Source: Selaginella moellendorffii
Taxonomy: Eukaryota; Plantae; Lycopodiophyta
Direction: 5' to 3'
Length of the DNA stretch: 64,000 nucleotides
NCBI RefSeq assembly: GCF_000143415.4
Contig: NW_003314446.1
Coordinates: forward strand, 47,738-111,737
The translations under genes were made by a program, and so were the position numbers. The notes under the pieces are model-generated. The model searched no databases and was not told the origin of the DNA. It worked only from the letters and a program-made list of their open reading frames with translations. Shown here piece after piece: positions 13,200 through 24,567 of this stretch. The first letter of the stretch is position 1. Each line of letters starts with the position of its first letter.

Positions 13200-14150
13200 T
13201 TCTATCCACTCTTTGTTTCTATAATCAAATATTAGGTTCCTAAACCTGAGATGAGTAAAAACTGTTATTGGACACAAGAATTCTTTATTATAATTGAAAT
13301 TGTGCACCCTCTCCAAGCTACCGGGCCTTGAAACAAACCCCAAAGAAAGACAATCATATCACCATTGTCATGCCATACAATAGCTTGGAGTGACTCCATT
13401 CTATCAGCCTCAAGAGCAGCACTCCACTCATGCTCGATCCAACACCGGTTTGATCCCAAGTCATAGCCTATCTATTGACCACCGCCCTTCACCCCCACCA
13501 AGTAGATGTGGTGCTACCAGGTAAATCACTCATTCGATTCAAAGCAAAGATGGATCTCAGCTGGTGACTCTCCTACACAATCTACTCACCAACAAAGAAG
13601 GGCATTGACGTGTTTGACTCGTTGACCTAGGAGTATGTGCCCCTTGTGGAGGTCAAACCCATACACATGGCTTCTGGAGGGCACACTAAATGAGCTCCGC
13701 TTGAGGGGATTCCACACTGCAAACTTCCCTTTTTTTGCACCAGCAAGAAAGCAGTTGGAGAAACAAAGCAGGCCACCCGCAGAGGCAACGGGCTCCTAGC
13801 AGAGGAGTAAATCTGGATCTGTTACGTTCACATGCAATAACACTAGAGTTAGAGGTAGAGGACCATATATATCAAGTGTTTCAAATCTCTTGACGTGCTG
13901 GCAAACTTGGAAGAGTCCTCTCCTCAAGATCATCATGTCCTTGATCTCTCCACACCTCCTTGGCACAAAGAGTCACAAACGGGCCATCCCAAAACACAGT
14001 CTGTCGGTGTGGTATGCTGTTGTCTTCCATTAAAGAATTGCCAGTGAAAGATTGCCATGACCGCATTCTCCCTTCCTTGTCGTGGTCCAGGAATAATCCT
14101 GCTCTCTTCCCCTGCTTCTGCTTTAGAGCTTCGATCACTACCTCACTGCC
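13200..14150 (-). pseudogene. F-box protein pseudogene
   Basis: F-box-like DDLEERTLPSLP (~13935-13900); VASAGGLLCFS and VWNPLKR motifs (~13690-13795); stops and frameshifts; paralogous to 19504-20183. Confidence 0.7.
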
Positions 14151-14400
14151 ATGATGAATATGCTAGCCCTCATATTGATTGCTTGCTAGTGATCTTGTTG
14201 TTGATCATTTGCAATCTGAATAACCCCAAGCTTGGACTTATATAGCTGAACTTTAAGCTTCCTGCATGCAACTCATGGATGAATACACGATGTGCCTTTG
14301 TAGCCACTTCTTTTTAAGTTTAAAGTTTTATGTTATCGCATTAAAGTTTTATGGCTTTCAATTTGTGTGCCACATTAACATATAGCATACCCTTTGGCAA

Positions 14401-14775
14401 GTTCTTATGGTTGGAAGTTACAACCTTGAAAATTATTAATGCGTACTTGTGGAGCAAAGGTCAAAGAGTTGTTCTTTAGTGAAAAATAATATTCATTGGC
14501 TGGTTCTTATGGTTGGAAGTTACGACCTTGAAAATTATTAAGACGTACTTGTAGAGCAAAGGTTCTTTAGTGAAAAATAATATTCATTGGCTGGTTCTAT
14601 GGTTGGAAGTTACAACCTTGAAAATTATTATGGAGCAAAGGTCAAAGAGTTGTTCTTTAGTGAAAAATAATATTCATTGGCTGGTTCTTATGGTTGGAAG
14701 TTACAACCTTGAAAATTCTTATTAAGAAAAGGTAAAAAAGTGTTTTTCTTTAGTGAAAAAGAGTATTTATTGGCA
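14401..14775. repeat. Tandem array of four ~90-100 bp units
   Basis: GTTCTTATGGTTGGAAGTTACAACCTTGAAAATT...TTCTTTAGTGAAAAATAATATTCATTGGCTG repeated with unit-specific deletions. Confidence 0.9.
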
Positions 14776-15049
14776 AGTATATCCAAGGTGATGCATTGGA
14801 GTATTCATAATGGAAAATAGAATTAAATTACCTCAATTTTTGTTGAATTCAAACTTCCTGATAAATCAATCAACTTAATACTGTTCAAACCCAAAGATGC
14901 TCAATTGAAAAATGGGTGCATTTTATTTATAAAGTTTTGTCTTTTATATTTGAATTTAATGGATTATCTTTTAAATCATTTTTTTGGTGTTTACATTTTG
15001 CTAATTTTTCCAAAGCAAAGTGAAAACATAAACTATATTTAAATTATCC

Positions 15050-17650
15050 AAACTTGGTTTTTCAGTTGACACCATGCCAATCTGAAGTTCAAAAGCCCAA
15101 CTTAGGAAGAGCTGCTCATGTCATCAATCTATGTGGTGTGCAACGCATAACACTTGCGAGCTTTTAGAGCAACTATCTCTTTAGTAGTCCTTTCCAAAAC
15201 ATCCTTGCCAGGGAGCGAGTAAAATCAAGCATGCATGTCATTGCCTACCTTGTCTGCTTCGGAATGGTCATAGACTCTCTATGAAAGAATCTGTGCATGT
15301 TTCTTGTGAATGCTTAAGGTGATCCTACTATTCTCTGCAAGGAACAGATAAGAATTCAGTTTGCATTTTATAGGAAATGTTCCTTGATACAAGAGGCTGC
15401 CGATCGTTAAGCTTGCATTAGAAAATCTATATAAGAATTGGCCTTTCATGAAATAATTCAGCATGCTATCCAGATAAGGTGTTTAATCTCTTGCCCTGTC
15501 TAACTATGTCATTTAAATTAATTTGCTTCCATGCGTGTGATAAATTGGGCAGAATGGGCAGAACCAGACTAAGTTCCATCTCCAATACAGGCCTCTCCAT
15601 GGTAAGATGCATTGTTATCCTTAAATGTTTTGACTGGTTTTGCAGATAATTAGAAATGTCTTGCCTATTGCCAGCTAACTTGAAAGTTATCACAGAGAAT
15701 GCTCTGGCAAAGTTGAAGGGTGGTCTAGCTGCTATGCAAGACTTTATGTACATAACATAAAGTTCTCAGTTCAAGGAAATTCTAGCATCCGCCTGGGAAC
15801 TCCAAGTTCCCTGGTTCTTATCAACAGCTCGTGCCTGGGCAAACCCGCTCGGTCACGTGCATGACATTTTCATTGCTAAGGAGAAAGCAGCCACATTCCC
15901 CCACAAGCTCCAGTGGTTTGGCAGACTAGCTTGAAGTGACGACCAGGATGACATTCTACCTGTGCATGGGTGGACGTGTTTGTATGGGTTTGCGAGTTCT
16001 TGGATAGACAGCCCAAATCTGGCAAGTGGATCAAGCTCTAGGCGAAGTGCTTCCAACTCTAACTTCAATAGATGTGGACAAAGCATATCTTTCAGTTTCA
16101 AAGGTATATCCTAAGAGGACCAAGTGGTTTATTGCCAGAACCATGAAATACCCATCAAATAGTGCTATAGATACAAATGTGTGAGCTTTGGGAGAGTGGA
16201 CAAACTAAACTTAAACCCAACTGAAAGTTTATATAAGCTAAATATGTTTACAATTAATTATAAATTGATTCAATTAGATAAATTTATATTGCTTTCAATC
16301 AAGGTGACACCAGAGGCAAAGCGAATACCTCCTGCAATTTGTGGGAAGTGAAAATGTTTGGGACTCACCAGCAACTCTTTGTCTGCTCACACATATTGTC
16401 AATTAAGTTAGAGATAGAAAAGCTTTAAATTCTAGACATTTATCCAACTTGTGCGAGGCTTGATGCAATCGATATGGTTTTTTGCAGCTGGTTCTTCAAG
16501 AACCAGCTGCAAAAAAGAGCGATCATCGAAAAACCATGTAAAGTACAGTCTCAAAAAGTTTACGTTTGTGGGGTAGAGGACCATGTCACTGAGATAGAAA
16601 AGCTTATTTACTCACAGTCTTCTGTGCGAGTGTTGATGCAATCGATATGATCTTCAAGAACCAGCTGCAGAAAAGAGTGATCATCCAAAAACCATGTAAA
16701 GTTATAGTCTTAATCCTCAAAAACAGTAAAGAGCTTACCTTTACGAGGAAGGCACACCTCGTCCCACTGTGCATTGGCACGTCCAGAGTCACAAAGGGGC
16801 GCCTAAACTCCTTTCCAAACACAAAACCCGCCGCGCGGTACAAAGCTTTACGGCACTCATCGCTATTGTCTTTCTCGAGTGTACATGCTCCACAGTGATT
16901 GCCGAATGCCCGTGCTGATGCTACCTAGAAAAAGAAAAAGCGAGATTGTCCATCGATCGAAGAAAGAAACTAAAACTATTCTTACCTCTAGCATCTGGCG
17001 GACATCACTTGTGAGATTGATGCCTTTCCACTCGATCCTTGCCAGCGGCTCCAACCAGGCCTGGATGATTCTGAGTGCCTATTGGGACGGTGGCTCCATG
17101 AGGATGACGTTCTCGAGTGAGAAGTGCACGAGCTTCTCTTTTGAGTCATTGCCACCCGTTGCAACAGCCCGGGTATCATTCGACAGTTCGGTTGTTGGTC
17201 TGGAGCTGCTGGAGCAAAAGCGACGCGAAAAACAAGGCATGTCAGAACAGTCGAAGGGCGTCCGAGAGTCTATGTGATTGTGAGAGTTGACTACAAGGAA
17301 CTGTCTCCACAGCCTTCTCTAAATCTGAAAGATCATGGTGGTTAGCAAATTAGAGAAGGAAACAAAGATTTTTACATAGGGAATCGAAAGAGAAGTGCTC
17401 AGACCTTTGCAAGCTTGGAGACAAGGTAACGGCACTGTTTCGTGAAGGTCTCAGCTTCCACAAATCTCGATGACCATCTGTTTCGTTTCGATTATCAGCT
17501 TTTGCAGGATGCCGTGTGAAGTAGTCTGAGGCAATCAAGAGGTGCAAGACAACGATCGCTGAAACTATGGATGAAACTCCACTGCTGTCCAGAAGAAGTT
17601 CGAGAAACGCTGGCTCATAGGATGAGTGATCGAACAATGCCCTCACAATC
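15050..17650 (-). pseudogene. Decayed multi-exon gene fragments of unassigned family, including a duplicated small exon (16410-16555 vs 16590-16725)
   Basis: Short GT-AG-bounded exons such as LVLEDHIDCINTRTED; LRR-like LPKLTHLYL near 16170-16200; in-frame stops. Confidence 0.35.
16478..16516. repeat. Perfect 19-bp inverted repeat with a 1-nt spacer
   Basis: TTTTTTGCAGCTGGTTCTT-C-AAGAACCAGCTGCAAAAAA. Confidence 0.95.
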
Positions 17651-17784
17651 CTGCGAATTGATGGCCTCGGCTACTGCTAAACCAACTCACCACGTGGGAA
17701 CCGACAGGATTCCATCCTGCTGCCAGTGATTCCATATTTCTTCCTCTACTTGCTCGGTCCTTATTTTCACGTATTCCGTGAGGA

Positions 17785-17885
17785 AATCGTGGCCGTTGGT
17801 TCAGTGGTCCAAACCGTGGGCCAATCCTGGCCGTTGGTTCAGTGGTCCAAACAGTGGGCCAATCCTGGCCGTTGGTTCAGTGGTC
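17785..17885. repeat. 38-bp tandem repeat, ~2.7 copies
   Basis: AATCSTGGCCGTTGGTTCAGTGGTCCAAACMGTGGGCC starting at 17785, 17823 and 17861. Confidence 0.92.
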
Positions 17886-18238
17886 AGGTTCAATTTCACG
17901 TGTAGATACCATACAGTTTGTCGTTCTTTCGTCTCAAATACGGCTAGGACGTGGGAAATGGAAGCTCTAATGGTGTCTTGGAATATTACATGCCTCAAAC
18001 CCTAAACTCTCGGAAACCCTTGGTTTCCAGTTTGGCGCCAAGTCTCAATTAAATAAATTATATCTAGAGTTAGGGTTTTCCTCGCCATGGCGGATGAATG
18101 TTAATGTGTAATTCCATGGTTCCGGGCAAGAGGGAAGAGATCTAGAGCCTCTGGAACTTTCGCTGGAGCCCAAAATGAGGAAGAGCGGCCACGGAATCAG
18201 TAGATTTCGAGAGCACTTTCTTTCTCTCTTAATTTGAG

Positions 18239-18762
18239 GTCGCCTTTCATGAATGTTTGGATGCTCCGGGACCGGGAGCTGGAGCTGCGCCGGGAGATGG
18301 TGCGCTGAGAGCTGGAGCTGCGCCAGGATCTGGAGATCAGAGGCTTCTTTCTCGTTTGTTCATCATCCATTCTTTCATTCTTTCTTTCATTTGTGCTTGT
18401 GTTTCTTTCATTCCATTCTTTCTTGGGGCCTCATCGTCTTCTTCTTCCATGAAGAAACGTGTGTCGTTCTTGGGTATGTTGAGGCGATTTTTCTGACTAA
18501 CATCCGTGGTCGTGAGGCGTTTCGAAAACCTGCAAACCAAATGGATGATCAAATGCCTAGAAGAAAGAACAGCGAGGCTGTGACGAAAGACGTGAAACTG
18601 CGCCATGGGAACTTGGTGTGGACACTCGGCATCAGATTCCAAGCGGGAAGGATCAATTACCTTCTCAATTGGAAGCCTGTGGTAGATCATTTCCGCCTTG
18701 AAGCTGGACGCATGGTAAGGCTCAGCAAGCTGGGAGTGTACTACTTTCTACTTGAGGTGTAG
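18239..18762 (+). pseudogene. B3 DNA-binding-domain gene disrupted by an internal inversion (18425-18560)
   Basis: B3 N-half FSKRLTTTDVSQKNRLNIPK reads on the - strand; C-half VKLRHGNLVWTLGIRFQAGRINYLLNWKPVVDHFRLEAG reads on the + strand; re-inverting joins them in frame. Confidence 0.8.
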
Positions 18763-19503
18763 TTACATTGAGTGTGGAGCAATATAGTTTGATCAATGCA
18801 AACGCTTTTGTAGCAATTCTGGCTAGTCTTACATGGTAGCATGGATTATGCCTGAGCCCGACAATTTTCGAGTGAATGCCATGGTGGTGCTTATAGCTCT
18901 CTCTTGCTCGGGTACATAGAAAATGGCCGCAGGCCACAGGGACCACCAGGGAACTAAAGAAGATGATCGTTGATGTTAGCCACAGCAGCAGCACACCCGT
19001 GACATATCCCTCAGTGGATCTCCAACCGGTGTGGTTCCAAACACAAATCAGGTTCGCCTTGGTACTTTTCTCTTATCGAGAGAATGTGTTCTTGGAAGCG
19101 TTCGTACAAACTCTCTCTTCGTGTTCAAATGCTTGAACAGAAACTCAAAAGTGCATGGCCATCTTGCTTGGTTTTTTCTGACTGGTTTTGCGTGAGCAGA
19201 CTCTCGTCGAGCAATAGGCATCACTCACGACCGATCGAGAGCATCCATGACTCAATGTAAGTGTGCTTCTACATAATCACTGTCTGGGTGCAAAGAACAA
19301 AGTACTTTAACCTAATCAGGATAGTGCATGGAAGACACTAGGTTGTTTCTTTCTCGCAGCAGTGGACTTTCCTTGGATTGAAAGATGAATCACTTCTCGA
19401 GCTGTCTGACGGATGAGTCAACGAGATCGTTTTGGAGGCTCGCCCAGCCAAAGTGGGACGAGTTTCCAGGTCGAGAGCGCTGCAAATTTGAGCTCACGTG
19501 GAC

Positions 19504-20183
19504 TTAAAAACACACATTTGATCTCTGCTGTAAAAGCTGATTTATTTCCAACGTCTGTCTATATGCTCTATGGTATTCTAATCCAATAGAGCTTTCCGGA
19601 TGCTGTGGGAAATCTTCTGCCATCTTGATCTCCGAAGTCTTCTTCGTGGCAGGCTTGTGTGCAAAGCATGCACACAAGTAGAGGGACTTGTGTTGTATCC
19701 CACTAAAATCTGTTATCTGTTCCCTAGTATAATTGAAATTGTGCAACCTCTCCAAACTACCGGGCCTTGAAACAAGCCCTGTATCCCATAGAAAGACAAT
19801 CATATCACCACTGTCATGACTTCATTCTATCAGCCTTAGGAGAGGTCCTCAGCTGAGACTCCCATCTTTGTTTTGAATCGAATGAGTGATTTACCTGGCA
19901 GCATCACAAATGAGCTCCGCTTGAGGGGATTCCACACCACAAACTTTGCACCAGCAAGAAAGCTGTGGGAGAAACAAAGCAGGCCACTGGCAGAGGCAAT
20001 GGGCTTCCAGTAGCGGAGCGAATCCGGATCTGGCAGTGGCAAAACAGTTGCATCGTCGTTACTGAAAGGATTGTAAATCCTTAAGGACAAGTAGTGGTGC
20101 TGTATTCGATATTCAAGGACCAGAGGAGGCGCCTTACTGTCAATCACTGCTCTGGTTAAATCAGGCATAAATTCTAGAATCAT
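19504..20183 (-). pseudogene. F-box-associated-domain gene fragment (F-box motif missing)
   Basis: KPIASASGLLCFSHSFLAGAKFVVWNPLKR; high similarity to 13270-13420 and 13690-13820; internal deletion; 5' end abuts an AT-rich block. Confidence 0.7.
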
Positions 20184-20189
20184 TATAAT

Positions 20190-21090
20190 ATTCTAGAAAG
20201 CTGGAGCTTTGTTCATGGCAAACTATCTTTAAAATTAGACGTAGAAAAGATGACGAAGTTGCTAAAAGAAATTGCATGTAATCCAATTTATCAAATAAAG
20301 TTTTTAATTATAAGCATAATTGTAATTTATAAACACGAGATTAATCTTATTGCATATTAACCATTAGATGATAGAATTAAAAAATATTTATTACAAAAGG
20401 TTTAAAACTTTTTATAAATTATAAACACATTATTAATCTAAATGAATATATGGTAAAATATCCTAGAATATCCAAGCATGTTCTAGGTATATCCATTACC
20501 ATCCATAGGTTTGCTTAAGCAAACCAAAAACTTAAAATCGCATAAGTTAATTTATATTTTCCTTACTTTCATTTAAAGTATTTCATAAAAAAATTTGTTT
20601 AAAAGTTTTCTGAAAATACATTAACAGTAAAGTTTTTAAATTAATATTTTCAAATTGCTAAAAAAAATTTAATCACATTTTATCTATTATTTTATAATAA
20701 ATATTACAAATAAAATTTATTAACTGAAATGTTTTAGATAACATTAAGAAAATTTATTTACAAAATTATTATAAATATTTATATTAAATATTTTTTTAAA
20801 TATAAAGATAGTTAAACTTAAAAATATTAAATAGACTTAAAATAAATAAATTATTTATTAATAATTTATTAATTTTTTATTAGATACAATCTATAGGTAA
20901 AATTTATATTCTAATTTAGATAAATTAGCTCATCAATATATTTGGTAAATATCATTCAGAATTATGACTTTAAAAACTCATAAAAATAATGATTAAATCT
21001 TAAAATAACTTTTAAAAATAATTTAATAAATAATTTAATAAAATCAAATAAATCATTATATTTTTTAAGATAGTAAAACAATAATATAAA
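20190..21090. other. Extremely AT-rich non-coding block between two 5'-truncated, divergently oriented gene fragments
   Basis: Sharp composition change at both edges; no ORF of 60 aa or more. Confidence 0.6.
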
Positions 21091-21094
21091 CTAG

Positions 21095-22399
21095 CTTATC
21101 TAGGCCGAAAAGGATTCGGGGACAGGCTTGGGTTCATAGTTGGTTTGCAGCAGATCGTAGTTCAGGTGACCGCCAACATTGCTTACTTGGTAACTGGCGG
21201 CCAGGCGCTCAAGAGGTTCGGGGATCTTGTTCTGAGTCGCGAGATTCAGTACGGGAAGTTTCGTTTGCTAGAGTTCGGCCGGTACTGTCATTGTTTGCCA
21301 GTTTCTCGTCCATGACAATCGTCTCTCTGGTGGCCGCCATCATGTCTTTCAGGTATCTTTTTCCTTTTGTATGAAAATCCAACTCGCTTTTCATTCAGCT
21401 ACTCGACTATAATTTGGGCAACAGCTATACAGCTTAATAGTTGGCAAGTATCGTATGGCTACTGCAACTGGAGATACTACAGAGCCTTTAATGCACTCGG
21501 AGAGATTGCGTTTGCCTATGGAGGCCAAAACATTGCTCTCGAGATCCAAGCAATGATGAGATCGACGAGACACAAGCCGTCTAAGCTACCAATGTGGAAT
21601 GAAGTTTTGGTGGGTTATGTCATGGTTGCCGTTTGCTATTTCCCAGTCGCTGGAGTTGGCTATTGGGCTCTTGGCAACTTGACTTGCTACGAAAACGTTC
21701 TGGACGTCCTTGATAAACCAAAGTGGCTGATAGGGACAGCCAACTTGATGCTTATGCTGCACCTCACAGGGAGTTACCAGGTAAGCTAAGCTTCCATTGG
21801 TTTTCGTTCTTACTTTTGCTCCATCCCAGGTTTTTGCTTTGCCGATTTATGATGGACTAACTTGCTGGCTGGAGCAAAAGAAACTGCCAATCAATGCTTG
21901 GATTAGGCCTCTTCACGTAGGTAAGGGGGCGTTATTCTTCTTGGTGAATTTCCTTGAGCTGCCAGGATTTACGTGTTTGGTTGCGGTGATCATACCTTCG
22001 TTTGCCGGGCTTCTGGGATTGGGCTCGCTTTTGTACCAACAACGTATGTCGTACGTATCAGTGACTCAAAACTTCCCTTTCTTCTCTCTGACGTGTTCCC
22101 AGCAGTTGCCGTGTATAATGTGGCTAAGCATCAAGAAGCCAAGAGTGCCTGGTCTCGAGTGGCTTTTAAACTGGGTAAAAATCTCACCATTTTTAGATCG
22201 GAAGCTTTTGACATGGTGGTATGAACTAATGCAGGCACGCATTTTGTTTGGCGTCGTCCTCACGATTGTGTCGACAATTGGAAGCATCGTAAATCTCAAA
22301 CACGGGCTTCGAAGAGGAAAACCTCAAAGTATTCTACTTCCGCGATTGCAGCAGTGCAATTCGACCTCAACAAACGCAAGCTGTCCCGTGCGGCATTGA
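21095..22399 (+). pseudogene. Lysine/histidine transporter (LHT, AAAP family), 5'-truncated and damaged
   Basis: VSLVAAIMSFSYSTI, FNALGEIAFAYGGQNIALEIQA, KPSKLPMW, CYFPVAGVGYWA, GSYQVFALP, LPCIMWLSIKKP; N-terminus missing, internal deletions. Confidence 0.8.
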
Positions 22400-22584
22400 A
22401 TTCCCCTTCGCTCCCAGATTCAGCTAGCCATGGGTACAGCGCTCTACAATGACAAGTATTTTGACGATAATGTTCTCATCCAGTATTCCTCTAACTGTTT
22501 GGATTTAATAGAGTCTCCGCTACGAGAACAGTTTCAACTTGGGCGATCCGGCGGGGATCCGAACGGGGCGATCCGTTCTACAGG

Positions 22585-22946
22585 GCGCTGGAGAAAATGC
22601 GGCTGCTCAAGTCGACTGTGCTGGAGGTCTTCCGCTGTGATGCGCCCGTGCTCTACCAGTACGGATGCGCCCGGGAGGATATGGCGGCGATGCGAAGTTT
22701 GTGATCAACAAGGGACAGCTCTTGGGTGGATCGCAGGCGCTGGTTTGCCAAGATCCAAAGGTGTTTGAGGAGCCGGATCAGTTGATCCCTGACAGGTTTG
22801 TAGGGAAGGAGGAGCTCGAGGCGTGTGTTTTGGGCCATGGAAAGTCGCCCACCGCGGATGACAAGCAGTGTGCTGGATTTCGTGGAGACAATCGCCAAAG
22901 TCTACCTGGTACAGTTGTTTGTGAGATACAAGACTTTTGTGAGTGA
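22585..22946 (+). pseudogene. CYP74 (allene oxide synthase/hydroperoxide lyase family) C-terminal fragment
   Basis: ALEKMRLLKSTVLEVFR..APVLYQYG.AREDM, frameshift, then DPKVFEEPD..IPDRFVG and the heme region PT.DDKQCAG. Confidence 0.85.
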
Positions 22947-24567
22947 GGACTCCACTCTCATACACTCCGTTTCCATGAATTAGTAAAACATATTTGCTTT
23001 ACATAATATAGCTTTGATATTTTGTAGTTTATATTAGATAAAATTTATTATTAGAAATACAGCTTATTATAATTCCGGTTCCAGAAAAAAGGTGTTCACA
23101 ATATAATATATTCCACAACTCATACTCCACTTGGGCAAGTCGCTTTCTTGAGGAGCTTGTAAACAAGCATCTTGACCACCCAAAACACACAGAAGTGCAC
23201 ATCTGTTGTAGGATACTTATTATTTCGTCTTGGCAGTGAGAAGGCCGCTGGGAGATTCAACATCTCGAGCATGAGTTTGGATGAGTATAATTTTTTCCCG
23301 TTTCTTAAATGACACAACCTGAAGAACCTCCTGCCATTGTCTCGTTTTGAGCCTTGATAGTTTTGTTCTAGCTGGAGAACTTCTAATTACTTGGTTCCCA
23401 ACATCAAAATCTAGACAGACAAGAAAACATAAAGGTAAATTTCTAGTGCTAAACTACTTCCAGCTTTTTGGCTCTGTTCTTGATAGCTTAACATTCAGGT
23501 ACCTCAAAGCATCTCAACAGCAAATACATCGGCTTTTTACAAGATTTTAGGAGAAAATTCAAGGTGAAGATGCTCTTACCAAAATCTTGATCTCTACAGT
23601 CGAGATCTATGGAAAGTCGCGTCACACGTCTTTGTGGACAAGCACCTTTCTCTGTTGTCGAGCACCGGTGCTTCTTGCAATGAACAATCTGCCAATGATC
23701 GCTCACCCGCTTTCACTTGATCTTCTATTAAGTTCTCACCTAGGTATAAGTATGATAACCAGCGAGCTTTAGAGCTTTTGCTTAACACGACGAGCACCAA
23801 CAAAGCTCATTGCAAAGAATTTAACGATTGGAGTCGGCTTTGAAATGTCATAGCTGAAAAAATTCCACTCGATTTCACTTCTGAAAAGTTTCCTTTACCA
23901 TATACATCTATAATATCTTCTCGACCTTTTACATCACAATCTAGAATTTATGAATGGGTCGCTCCTCGCTGGGGTGTCAAAATCTTGCACACACGACGCT
24001 GATGCTAGATCCAAAGTAAGAAATTACAAAAAACTGCACAGACACTACCTTGTCTCTAGTCATCGGAAGAACCCCAAAAGCAAAACTAAAAAAAAAAGAG
24101 ACAAAACAATACAACTCCATCACATCGTGCACGCACGCACACATGAAAGACAAACATTTTTAACGCACTTTGATACCGACAGTACGAAAAGAGAGCGTCA
24201 AACTTCCACTGTAGTTCCCAAAGATCATAGACAAAATCATAGAGTACCTCCAAAACCACAGGAAGCTCGCTGTTCTTCCGGCAAATTCCCAGTGAAACAC
24301 CACAACCACCACCACCATCGCTGTTACTGGCTAAGAATCATAACAACAAACTTTATTCTCTCCTAGATTGAAAATATCACCATGAAAACAAGCTGCCGAG
24401 AAGCTGGAAACTTTCACCGCCATTCCGCGTTGCCTCTTTCTTTTCTAGTTTTTTCTCTCCTGTGGCTCGATAGGTGTACAGGACAGCCAATACGACTGTG
24501 CAAGCCTGCCTTGTTCTATCTGGACCTCATCTCCTCTCCTCTCCTGTTCCAAAAACCGTGGCCTCTT

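Noticed and set aside
14401-14775. CRISPR-like appearance of the repeats here and at 17785-17885
   Set aside because: Head-to-tail tandem units without unique spacers, no cas genes, eukaryotic context
23100-23800. Possible exon fragments between CYP74 and UXS
   Set aside because: No family recognised and no consistent gene model
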